Source of the DNA: a virus
Lineage: Duplodnaviria; Caudoviricetes
Strand: one strand, 5' to 3'
IMG/VR virus record: IMGVR_UViG_3300006133_000005
Coordinates: 1-64,000 of that record
Length of the DNA: 64,000 nt
The notes beneath the pieces are model-generated. The model had not been told where the DNA came from and did not search any database. It saw only the letters and a program-made list of their open reading frames with translations. This document shows positions 7,538 to 15,989 of this stretch, one piece after another (the stretch's first letter is position 1; every line of letters starts with the position of its first letter). The translations under genes were made by a program, and so were the position numbers.

Positions 7538-9604
7538 TTATTCATTAGATTCTCCTTTATCTGTAGCTTTAATTTCTACTACATCTGTAACTTCATTATC
7601 CTCATTATTAGATTGTCTGTTCATCATAGAGCCAAATAGCTTCTCCATGATACCACCACTCTGTGGGTTAGTAATAGATGTAGTTGTTTCTTCTGTGCCG
7701 TCAGACCTTAATACCCTTGTCTGTCTTAAGACTTCTGGACTACCTGTCTCATACATCTGCTTTAACATCTGCATATACTTTATGTTTGTGTCCATAAGCT
7801 GTGAAACTTGTGGGTCAACAGCACCATTGAGAGTTTCAAAAATCATTGCTTTCTGCATTCGGGTCATATTGTATTCTACAATACCCTGCATAGCTTGAAT
7901 AATGTCTCCCATACTTCGTGTATCAAACCTGTCAAACATCTTGTTATAAGCACATACATACCCTGATTTGTACTCAGGACATTTAGCCGCCGCATAACAA
8001 GTATCACATGATAACTTAGGGAATTTTTTAGAGTAAACCCTTTTAGGCTTTCGTGCTATCATCTGTCCCTTTACAAATTTACCATGTTCATCAAAGGTGG
8101 GTATAATTTCAGCCTTTTTGAATATTTCCTCGTCAAGACTGTCAATTTCGGGAGCTTCACTGTCTAATTCCACAGATTTATCAGGTAGTAAGCTATGAAG
8201 TCGGGACTTAATTTCTTCCTTTGACAACTCTATGTATTCCACTTCATCATCTTGTACATACTCTTCTTCTTTACGTTCCTTGACAATGCGGTCAAAATTA
8301 GTTCCAAGATTCAAAAGCTTATCATTGTTACCAGAAACACAGTCAGTAAAGAAGTTAATCAGGTCCTTAACTTTGGTTTCTTTATCAGGTACTATTCTGT
8401 TGACATAAAGGTCGTGCAATTCTGTGATAAGACATTCCTGTTCTGAATCATTGTACCAGTCCACCATTTTTTGATGTGTTCCTGTGTTCCAATTTAAGAA
8501 AGTTGTAATATCATACAGGATGTTTCTTGCACCCTCTACTTCGGGATTCACATTCATTTTGACACAGTAGTCTTTAACTCCCTCTGTAGAGCCGCTATCA
8601 AACCACTCGACTGTAGGGAAAAAGTCCTCTGGAAGATTGTTAATATCAGTTTTAATAGCCTTTGGCTTAAGCCAGTACAACAATGACTTGAGTCTATCTG
8701 TAATGTAATTTTCAGCATCAATGAACGCACCTAAATTAGCTCTCATCATAGACGTAGGGTCTTCATTAAGTAACAAATCCCTGTCAAGAGAATACCTGTT
8801 ACATATTTCATCAAGATACTTATTACTTTGCCACTTGTCTTTTTTAAGTCTGGTCATTTTATTTCCAGTCCAGAAGTTCATTTCGCCATACTGTAGTCCG
8901 ACAAGCCATGTAGTAGAGTCTACTGTATAAAAAGGAAGTTCGGGTAGTAATGCTGTTTTTGTCATTCCAAATCCGTGTGCTAAAGAGTTATACTTTTCAG
9001 TGTATTTAAGCATCTCTTTGAATTGACTTAAATCCATTACTTTATCATCAGAAACAGAAGAAAATCCGACATATGGGTATCTCTTACACATGAAATCCCA
9101 TACGTCTAATCCGTCGTCATGGTATACAAAGCAAACGGGTATTCCTGTTTCAAGCATAAAAGGTTCAAAGTATTCTCTTCTCCACCTATTAACTACATCA
9201 AGTCCTACAAGATTCTGTAAGTCAAGTTCAGCCATTCCAAATATGCTGTCTTTATGCTTTCTCGCCCAATTTAAGTAAGACTGTATGTGCTGTTCCCACT
9301 GTTCTACAGTGTAGTCATGATACTCTGGATTAGCCATATAGGTGTAAGCACCTGAGTCTATGAACAGACTAATATCAGGATATGTTTTAAGCTGTTTAGC
9401 TCCTTTGGTTCTTAAGTACTCATAAGACATAAGAAAATTACGTATGCCCATGTTATAGCATATTTCAAGATAAGCAGGATTTTCTACACCAGAATAAAAC
9501 ATAGAAAATCCTCTCTTATAATCCATAACTTCTTTTAGGTTAGCATACTTAGGCTTTTCACTTGAAACTTTACCTGTGTTTTTACTCCTTTTTACAAGTT
9601 TCAT
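7538..9604 (-). CDS. dpdA: DpdA/TGT-like 7-deazaguanine DNA transglycosylase with a long Cys4-containing C-terminal extension
   Basis: FIDSGAY, FVYH, AHGFGMT, FYTVDSTTW match TGT-fold motifs with both catalytic Asp; start overlaps the folE stop; C-terminal CDTC-x5-C-x8-C. Confidence 0.75.
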   Translation of the reverse strand: MKLVKRSKNTGKVSSEKPKYANLKEVMDYKRGFSMFYSGVENPAYLEICYNMGIRNFLMSYEYLRTKGAKQLKTYPDISLFIDSGAYTYMANPEYHDYTVEQWEQHIQSYLNWARKHKDSIFGMAELDLQNLVGLDVVNRWRREYFEPFMLETGIPVCFVYHDDGLDVWDFMCKRYPYVGFSSVSDDKVMDLSQFKEMLKYTEKYNSLAHGFGMTKTALLPELPFYTVDSTTWLVGLQYGEMNFWTGNKMTRLKKDKWQSNKYLDEICNRYSLDRDLLLNEDPTSMMRANLGAFIDAENYITDRLKSLLYWLKPKAIKTDINNLPEDFFPTVEWFDSGSTEGVKDYCVKMNVNPEVEGARNILYDITTFLNWNTGTHQKMVDWYNDSEQECLITELHDLYVNRIVPDKETKVKDLINFFTDCVSGNNDKLLNLGTNFDRIVKERKEEEYVQDDEVEYIELSKEEIKSRLHSLLPDKSVELDSEAPEIDSLDEEIFKKAEIIPTFDEHGKFVKGQMIARKPKRVYSKKFPKLSCDTCYAAAKCPEYKSGYVCAYNKMFDRFDTRSMGDIIQAMQGIVEYNMTRMQKAMIFETLNGAVDPQVSQLMDTNIKYMQMLKQMYETGSPEVLRQTRVLRSDGTEETTTSITNPQSGGIMEKLFGSMMNRQSNNEDNEVTDVVEIKATDKGESNE

Positions 9605-10197
9605 ACAGGAGTTACACCTCCTGTTAAGTCAACCTTAAAACCATTATTGAAAGCTATTTGATTATTGACCTTGGTTTTAAAGTAGTGTGTTTCAGTGTTA
9701 CAGTCACTTTCTGCTCCTCTGCACATAACGCAAGTATGTGTTGCAGTAAGTTCAACAGCTAACCACTCAGGCTGTAACAGATTAAACAAGTAGTCTCCTA
9801 CTTCGTCTGTTAGTCTTTCCTGTAATTGTGGCTTCTGTGAAAAATATTTAACTACTCTTGGAATTTTTGAAAGACCAATGATTTTGTTAGAGGGCATATA
9901 AGAAATGGTTGCAATACCCATAAAAGGCAACCAGTGATGTTCACAAGTAGAATGAAACTCAATACCTCTAACAGTAACAGGCTGTTTAATTCCACTACTC
10001 GAAATATAATCAAAAAGTTTCATCTTGGAATTAAGCTCCTCTATATTGTTGTTATTCCTGTTCCTAAAAAGTTCGTTGCAATACATCTTTGCTACCCTTA
10101 ATGGTGTATCAATGTTACTATGTGTTTTATCCAGTTCAAGAATGTCAAACACAGCCTCAAGGTGTTGTCTTATTTCTTCCACTTTAATTTCATTCAT
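9601..10197 (-). CDS. folE: GTP cyclohydrolase I
   Basis: DTPLRVAKMY, STCEHHWLPF, GLSKIPR, QLQERLT, HTCVMCRG; start moved to the ATG after the GGAGGT RBS. Confidence 0.97.
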   Translation of the reverse strand: MNEIKVEEIRQHLEAVFDILELDKTHSNIDTPLRVAKMYCNELFRNRNNNNIEELNSKMKLFDYISSSGIKQPVTVRGIEFHSTCEHHWLPFMGIATISYMPSNKIIGLSKIPRVVKYFSQKPQLQERLTDEVGDYLFNLLQPEWLAVELTATHTCVMCRGAESDCNTETHYFKTKVNNQIAFNNGFKVDLTGGVTPV

Positions 10198-10231
10198 TTT
10201 AATTACCTCCATATTTTCTGCTGGTGTCTTA

Positions 10232-10260
10232 AGTATATCACGCTTTTATATAAAAGTAAA
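10232..10260 (-). promoter_or_regulatory. Sigma-A promoter for folE-dpdA
   Basis: TTTACT-17bp-TATACT with TG extension. Confidence 0.7.
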
Positions 10261-10263
10261 GTA

Positions 10264-10294
10264 AACCCCTACTCCAACATTAATCGGGTAGGGG
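10264..10294 (-). terminator. Intrinsic terminator
   Basis: cccctac / gtagggg stem followed by a T-rich tract on the minus strand. Confidence 0.55.
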
Positions 10295-10299
10295 AAAAG

Positions 10300-10527
10300 T
10301 TACTTAATTTTTACCTTATCAAGGTTCATAATTGTTGCAGGATTTTTTCGACCGGTAATAGGGGTAGGAGTAGGGGTGTTGTTCAAAGCTTTTGTGCAAT
10401 CATCAACAGAATCTTTAATACATTTCTGAGCTCTTTTAAGTCTTTGGGGATTTCTGATAATTTCCTGATAACGTCTTAACGTATCAGCATCTGCTCTCGT
10501 TGCCCAGTCAACATCTTCTCTATACAC
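10300..10527 (-). CDS. Small basic hypothetical protein, 75 aa
   Basis: AGGAG RBS then GTG TAT AGA; W-x4-DA-x2-L...I...P-x-RL-x2-A pattern; the track start at 10614 overlaps another gene. Confidence 0.7.
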   Translation of the reverse strand: MYREDVDWATRADADTLRRYQEIIRNPQRLKRAQKCIKDSVDDCTKALNNTPTPTPITGRKNPATIMNLDKVKIK

Positions 10528-10540
10528 TATATAAACTCCT

Positions 10541-10702
10541 TTACTTAGATTTCTTTGTATACGACGAAACAGGAGTTGAAGCTGGGTCAATGTTAGTATA
10601 CTTCGTAGAATCAAGAGCGCCTAAAGTGGCTTTATTCTTAGGAACATTAGGCTTACCTGTTGTACTCTTTGTCTTAATGGGTGATTTACAAGCCTCATTC
10701 AT
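10541..10702 (-). CDS. Lys/Ser/Thr-rich 53-aa protein, not in the ORF track
   Basis: GGAGGT RBS; MNEACKSPIKTKSTTGKPNVPKNKATLGALDSTKYTNIDPASTPVSSYTKKSK. Confidence 0.7.
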   Translation of the reverse strand: MNEACKSPIKTKSTTGKPNVPKNKATLGALDSTKYTNIDPASTPVSSYTKKSK

Positions 10703-10729
10703 GTTAATTTACCTCCGTTATTTATTATA

Positions 10730-10903
10730 TTAACCTCTGCCTCTTTGGGTTCTGGTGGTTGCTGTGTTACCACCTCTTACCCTATTGATAGCATTTCTTA
10801 CTGTCTGGGTTACACGACCTATAATACCTCCTCTTCTCTGAGGAGCATTTCCGCTGGTATTTGACTTATTACCGTTTCTGGGCTGTGCATGAACAGTGAA
10901 CAC
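10730..10903 (-). CDS. Arg/Gly-rich basic peptide B with VHA leader
   Basis: AAGGAGGT RBS 7 nt before GTG at 10903 (the GTG at 10912 lies inside the RBS); FTVHAQP ... TTRTQRGRG. Confidence 0.75.
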   Translation of the reverse strand: MFTVHAQPRNGNKSNTSGNAPQRRGGIIGRVTQTVRNAINRVRGGNTATTRTQRGRG

Positions 10904-10929
10904 TTTGCTCACCTCCTTTATTTAATAGA

Positions 10930-10957
10930 AAACCACCACTTAACTAAGTGGTGGTTT
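10930..10957 (-). terminator. Intrinsic terminator between peptides A and B
   Basis: aaaccaccactta / taagtggtggttt stem with T tract on the minus strand. Confidence 0.7.
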
Positions 10958-10994
10958 GTGTTGGTAACTTCTTCTGTTGCAGAAAGAGTGTAGA

Positions 10995-11177
10995 TTAGCC
11001 TCTTCCTCTTGTTCTGGCAGTGTTAGTACCATTGTTGCCGCCACGCTGTACTCTTACTCTACGAATAGGGGAAGTCTGACCACTCTGGGTTCTTGCTGTA
11101 CCTACTACGGTACTACCACCACCGCCACCCTTACTCTTAGGCTGTGCGTGAACAACCATAGCAAAAAGTCTTTTCAT
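10995..11177 (-). CDS. Arg/Gly-rich basic peptide A with VHA leader
   Basis: GGAGGTG RBS then MKRLFAMVVHAQP ... TARTRGRG; paralogue of peptide B. Confidence 0.8.
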   Translation of the reverse strand: MKRLFAMVVHAQPKSKGGGGGSTVVGTARTQSGQTSPIRRVRVQRGGNNGTNTARTRGRG

Positions 11178-11287
11178 GCTATTCACCTCCATTTTAGTCC
11201 TTAAAGGGTACTTATGTAATTAGGTGTATGAGAGAGAATGAAGTAAACCTCAATACACTACCTTTAGACTATAACAATATTATACCC

Positions 11288-12874
11288 TTATTTGTCTTTA
11301 TTGTCAATAGAGTTGCAACAATTTCTGCCCGAAAAATTACAAACTGCATTTTTAAGACTATCATAATCCTTTATTTCAGAAAGGTCAATACCTGTTTTTG
11401 GTCTTTCATAGGCACAATTACCACAACCATATACTTTTCCGTCATAGTTTACAAAGATTGAGGTATAACCTGATGTACATACAGGGTCTAAGTCAAAACA
11501 TATAGGTCTATCAATGTACTGTGGGGTATCATATTTAAACATATCTGAGTACTTTTTAGTGAGATTCCTATACTTAAAAGGGATTGAGAACATCACCAAA
11601 GGTATTGGAAATTCAGATGAGACAACTTCATTTATAACAGAATCATACAAGTCCTCACTTATAGAGTAGCTCTTGTCACAACCGCCCCAGTCTTCAATAG
11701 GCTTTATGTATACTGATGATACACCTAATTTATGGAACTTAACAAGGAATTTATTAAGTTCAAACCAATTTTTATTGTGTAGGTCTATTGAAATAGAAAC
11801 TGGAAGTCCATTTTCAATAAGATATGTCAGTGTGCTATCCTTAACAGTAAAAGGTCGATAGGCACCTCCGTCAAAAGATACAGTAATTTCCTGTAGTGTG
11901 CTGTCAATTAAAGAGGGAGCATACTTATCAAGGTTCTTTCCATTTGTAATCATGCTGAAATATATATCTTGATAGTCTTTAAACTGCTCTAAAAGGTTTA
12001 TTACTGTATCATCAAATAGAGGTTCTTTTCCGAATATATCGAACTTCTTTATACCGAAACTGTAAAGCTTATATACAATATCTGGTAAAGACATTGTGGG
12101 TTTATCTGTGTGGTCTACACCTGTCATTAAGCAATAGGGGCACTTTAAGTTACAGCTATTATTTATGCTTAACTTAGCACTTGTAATCTTACCTCTTTTT
12201 CTTACAAGGTCTATACATTTGTCACCGTCACCCACTCTATGGTAAGTGTCCTCCAAATCATTAGAATCATCAAAGTACTCTGAATACTCAGAAATGAGTT
12301 GACAGTTAGAGCACATATCCCCCTCATTCTTTTCAGTTTTAAAGCAAGAGCAGAAGTCATTCAGTTTAATACCATACTTACGAGCCAGCATAAATATATA
12401 CTGTTTATCATAAGTAATAAACGGAGTACAAAACTCTAAATCGCATAGGCTCATAACCGCTGAAATCTTCTCAGAAAATTCAGCGGTAGCATCAGGGTAC
12501 GGGTCTTCGGGAGGTTTAATTATAGCACCATACACTTTCACAGCACCTATACTTTGTGCATATGATGTTGCATAAGATATAAAAATCATATTCCGCATTT
12601 CAAGGTATAAAGAATTATATGATTCCTCTGATTCGCTATCAACTATAGAGCTATTAGACCATTTAAATGGATTGATAGTTATTTCTTCCCACTTGTAACC
12701 CAGTTTGGTTGCTACATCTCGTGAAGCTTTTCTCTCAAATTCTAAAGCTTTTTGACCATAATCAAAAAACAGTGTATGTACTTCTACATTAGGAAACTTT
12801 TCATTTAAGTGGTGCATAAGTACAACACTATCTAATCCACCACTGTTGAGTGCTACTATCTTTACCTTATTCAT
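11288..12874 (-). CDS. queC: 7-cyano-7-deazaguanine synthase (QueC) fused to a radical SAM/SPASM-like domain
   Basis: N-terminal: LNSGGLDS, FFDYGQ, RNMIFIS, YPDAT, SCF...CSNC; C-terminal: CNLKCPYC, FGKEPL, ITNG, CTSG...DGKVYGCGNC. Confidence 0.85.
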   Translation of the reverse strand: MNKVKIVALNSGGLDSVVLMHHLNEKFPNVEVHTLFFDYGQKALEFERKASRDVATKLGYKWEEITINPFKWSNSSIVDSESEESYNSLYLEMRNMIFISYATSYAQSIGAVKVYGAIIKPPEDPYPDATAEFSEKISAVMSLCDLEFCTPFITYDKQYIFMLARKYGIKLNDFCSCFKTEKNEGDMCSNCQLISEYSEYFDDSNDLEDTYHRVGDGDKCIDLVRKRGKITSAKLSINNSCNLKCPYCLMTGVDHTDKPTMSLPDIVYKLYSFGIKKFDIFGKEPLFDDTVINLLEQFKDYQDIYFSMITNGKNLDKYAPSLIDSTLQEITVSFDGGAYRPFTVKDSTLTYLIENGLPVSISIDLHNKNWFELNKFLVKFHKLGVSSVYIKPIEDWGGCDKSYSISEDLYDSVINEVVSSEFPIPLVMFSIPFKYRNLTKKYSDMFKYDTPQYIDRPICFDLDPVCTSGYTSIFVNYDGKVYGCGNCAYERPKTGIDLSEIKDYDSLKNAVCNFSGRNCCNSIDNKDK

Positions 12875-12891
12875 TATAACTACTCCTTTAA

Positions 12892-13248
12892 TTACTTTGG
12901 CTTTTTCTTAAAGCCTTTCTTATTATTTTTCTTTGTGGACTTAGAACCACATTTAGACTTGTTACAAGACACTGTATATCCTCCCTCCTGTAGCTTAGAA
13001 CTTAGCATATTAATATACTCCAAATCCTCAGAAATCCTAATAAGACTTACCATAAGGTAAGTCTGTAGTTTCTTAGGGACAATTTTATGTATTGAAAGGT
13101 AAACCAAGTACTTTGCAGTGCTGTAGTTTTTAATATGTGTATGTCCTTGCTCAAAAGGCTTATGTGAGTTATGTACTATATAACCATATAAAGTCTCATA
13201 AATCTTAAACTGTCTGTTGCTATAAATCTGGTGACTCATTAAGCTCAC
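12892..13248 (-). CDS. Hypothetical protein with Lys-rich tail
   Basis: GHTH motif; C-terminal KKNNKKGFKKKPK. Confidence 0.7.
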   Translation of the reverse strand: MSLMSHQIYSNRQFKIYETLYGYIVHNSHKPFEQGHTHIKNYSTAKYLVYLSIHKIVPKKLQTYLMVSLIRISEDLEYINMLSSKLQEGGYTVSCNKSKCGSKSTKKNNKKGFKKKPK

Positions 13249-13252
13249 AACC

Positions 13253-13663
13253 TTATTTATTATTAAACCACTTAAATGGAAGATTGTACTTTACCATGAT
13301 TAAAGTCTTAGCCAATTGTTCAAGCTTTTGATGTTCCATTGTATCTACATACATTTGCTCATACAATCCGCTACCCTCTTCCCAGTTATACTTACAGTGT
13401 AAAAGTTCATGTACCAAAGTACACTCATCACACACCTTTGTAATAAACTCACTTCTCGCCTCATCAGGTATAACCGCAATGCGTATTAAACTACTTTTAT
13501 TTATGAACTCGAACTCATTTGTTCCTGCACATCCGTCTATATCTTGTTGTGGAACAAGTTTTGCTTTTATGTTCCAATCATTAAGGAACAATTTTTTCTG
13601 CCACCACTGAAGTGATTTCTGTAAAGTCTCCTCCGTGAACTTCATAATAGGTCCTTTACTCAT
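13253..13663 (-). CDS. Putative zinc metallopeptidase (HExxH)
   Basis: TLVHELLH; start codon overlaps the queE stop (TAATG). Confidence 0.6.
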   Translation of the reverse strand: MSKGPIMKFTEETLQKSLQWWQKKLFLNDWNIKAKLVPQQDIDGCAGTNEFEFINKSSLIRIAVIPDEARSEFITKVCDECTLVHELLHCKYNWEEGSGLYEQMYVDTMEHQKLEQLAKTLIMVKYNLPFKWFNNK

Positions 13664-14334
13664 TACATAACCCCCAAACACTTGTGCATCTGTATTTGTA
13701 CCCTGATATTAAAAAGTTTATCATCAAGTAACCATTGTACAAGGTCTTTTGCAACTGGACTAAAGTACTCTCCCTGTGAACGGTAATAAAAAACGGGACT
13801 CACAAGAATTTTTGCAGGAGTAGGGTATGTTTTAAGGACCTGTTTCATAAAGTCATAGTCATGTCTATTTCCTATAACGAATTTTACTTCGTCCCTCTGC
13901 TTTAACACCATAAGGTTTTCATAAATGTTTCTGTGAGAAACACCACTTGTAGGACATTTAATGTCCATTATAAATTTCAGCTTAGAGGGGTAGTAAAGGT
14001 CGGTAGGGATTTTAGTACAACCATTCGTCTCAATGGATACGTTACAGTCATAGTCCGAGATAAATTCAAGTGCAAGCTGATAGACCGCTTCCTGCTGAAT
14101 AAGTGGTTCACCACCAGTGATACAAATATTCTTGCAACCATACTTAACAACTTCTTGAACTAAATGCTCAACTGATATTTTATGTCTGTCCTTTTTAGTC
14201 TGGGGTTGGTCGCAGTAAGTACACGTCATATTGCAACCATATAGTCTTATAAAAACACAAGGCAGTCCTGCACCTGTGCTTTCACCTTGTATACTTAAAA
14301 ATACCTCATGGTAATAAAGAATACCCTCTGACAT
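13663..14334 (-). CDS. queE: 7-carboxy-7-deazaguanine synthase (radical SAM)
   Basis: FLSIQGES, CNMTCTYCD, ITGGEPL, IETNG, QMHK. Confidence 0.95.
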   Translation of the reverse strand: MSEGILYYHEVFLSIQGESTGAGLPCVFIRLYGCNMTCTYCDQPQTKKDRHKISVEHLVQEVVKYGCKNICITGGEPLIQQEAVYQLALEFISDYDCNVSIETNGCTKIPTDLYYPSKLKFIMDIKCPTSGVSHRNIYENLMVLKQRDEVKFVIGNRHDYDFMKQVLKTYPTPAKILVSPVFYYRSQGEYFSPVAKDLVQWLLDDKLFNIRVQIQMHKCLGVM

Positions 14335-14336
14335 AT

Positions 14337-14741
14337 TTATTCACCTCGATATTCAGCATAGCTATCTTCTGTCTCCCACAACTTGACGGAGTACACCTTA
14401 TAGTCACTGTTAGGGAGAATGTCCTCAGACAGCATATCATATATATGCACCGTCATTACTTCTGCTGTAGGTTGTGAAAAAAAGCTATTAAGATTAGAGT
14501 GGTCGTAAATATCGAGAATTTTATGCTTTACTCTCCTCTTAATATCACTAAAGTCGCACACCATAGCTTCTGTTGCAAGAGTTTCACTATTTATGGTGTT
14601 TGGGTCGATATTTCCTACAAATGTAACTTCGAGCTTGTAACTGTGCCCATGTAACTGAGAACACTTCCCCTCATAGTTATTGAGACGGTGACAAGCTTCA
14701 AATGTCATTCTTTTTGTTACATACACTTTTCTTTCTGCCAT
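14337..14741 (-). CDS. queD: 6-carboxy-5,6,7,8-tetrahydropterin synthase
   Basis: FEACHRL, LHGHSY, DHSNLN, PTAE. Confidence 0.95.
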   Translation of the reverse strand: MAERKVYVTKRMTFEACHRLNNYEGKCSQLHGHSYKLEVTFVGNIDPNTINSETLATEAMVCDFSDIKRRVKHKILDIYDHSNLNSFFSQPTAEVMTVHIYDMLSEDILPNSDYKVYSVKLWETEDSYAEYRGE

Positions 14742-14757
14742 AATATTTCTCCTTTAA

Positions 14758-15030
14758 TTACTGAATAACAAGATAAGCAACCATAACAGTTCTCTCTACC
14801 TCATCTTCTTTGATTTCATCAAATCCTGGCTTGATATAGAGGTCATGACCCTTAGTAGCTAAAATACCTCTTGCACTTGCAATAGCTTTGTACATTTGGT
14901 TTACTGCACTCGCACCCACACCTCTTACTTCTACATCACAACCCTCTTCAATACTGACAACAATACTGCCAGATAACTGAGGGACGGGGGACTTAGAAGA
15001 CACCTTAATTACTTTCCTTTTAGAGTTCAT
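14758..15030 (-). CDS. spoVS: Stage V sporulation protein S family
   Basis: KVSSKSP...GVGASAVNQMYKAIASARG...PGF; start moved to the ATG after the AAAGGAG RBS. Confidence 0.9.
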   Translation of the reverse strand: MNSKRKVIKVSSKSPVPQLSGSIVVSIEEGCDVEVRGVGASAVNQMYKAIASARGILATKGHDLYIKPGFDEIKEDEVERTVMVAYLVIQ

Positions 15031-15442
15031 TATCTTCTCCTTTCTGGTAACTTTCATAATTATTTCTGTAGTTACCTATTACTTTAGCTACAACAGCATC
15101 ACTCTTAAAAAGACCGTGCTGTCTGCTATCATAGCTTACTAATGTGTTATCACCTCTAAAGTCATAAAGAACGCCGTCGTTATGTGGATATATGTCCTTT
15201 AGTCTTTTTACAATGAAATAGGGACTTCCGTCTTCTTCATCTCTTAAGTGGATAACGTATATTTTACCTTTCTTGCACTTACTTCTGTTGAAATGAAACA
15301 GTCTTCTGCACCAAAGTAATCTCCCCTCTCGGAAAGTCGGGAACATGGAATCACCCTTGACTTTCACGATAGGGAATAAAAAAATTAGGGGGAAAACTGT
15401 TGTCACGACAACAAGAATAGTTATGACAACCTTAAATAACAT
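15020..15442 (-). CDS. Signal peptidase I-like (S26) protease, membrane-anchored
   Basis: N-terminal hydrophobic helix, GDSMFPT (catalytic Ser), IVKR (catalytic Lys), GDN...SYDSRQHG (box E). Confidence 0.9.
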   Translation of the reverse strand: MLFKVVITILVVVTTVFPLIFLFPIVKVKGDSMFPTFREGRLLWCRRLFHFNRSKCKKGKIYVIHLRDEEDGSPYFIVKRLKDIYPHNDGVLYDFRGDNTLVSYDSRQHGLFKSDAVVAKVIGNYRNNYESYQKGEDNEL

Positions 15443-15445
15443 AAT

Positions 15446-15898
15446 TTAATTACAGCCTTTCTCCAACAAAATTTTTGAACTATCTGCACATTCAAAGAAG
15501 TCCTCTAACTTCATTACTATGTAATCTTGTGAGCTGTTATGCTTGTGCATAATAACACAAGGTTTCTTATCCTTTGGACAATCACTTTCAGCTTGTCTAA
15601 GCCATGTAGGTAAAGACCACGTTTGAGCATTTTTGCATTCAACATGAAGCATTAAATCGACGTCCTTATCAGCTGATACAATGTCACCTCTGAACTCATC
15701 AGCTTTAACAGACTTCTTTGCAAATCCTCCGCTTTGCGGTGTGCGTACAAGGTCAATACCAAAGAACTCCTTAAACTTCTTTGCTACTGTTCGTTCAAAG
15801 CTTGCTCCCTTATTACGACTTCTTTTACCTCTTTTTCTGTTCTGTTCTTTAATTTCCTCTTTTGTGGGAGTGTTAGGTAATTTCTTCTTTAATTTCAT
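15446..15898 (-). CDS. PD-(D/E)XK Holliday junction resolvase-like nuclease
   Basis: SRNKGASFER, GDI, VECK, W..QA motifs. Confidence 0.8.
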   Translation of the reverse strand: MKLKKKLPNTPTKEEIKEQNRKRGKRSRNKGASFERTVAKKFKEFFGIDLVRTPQSGGFAKKSVKADEFRGDIVSADKDVDLMLHVECKNAQTWSLPTWLRQAESDCPKDKKPCVIMHKHNSSQDYIVMKLEDFFECADSSKILLEKGCN

Positions 15899-15989
15899 CT
15901 TTATTACTCCTTATAAAAATAGTTACAGGTCTGCTTTTTCGCTAACCTGTAACTATTGTACCACATTCACAAATAAAAAGCAACAGGAA

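Noticed and set aside
10528-10614. Track start of the 104-aa ORF at 10614
   Set aside because: It overlaps a better 53-aa ORF; a GTG at 10527 has a proper RBS.
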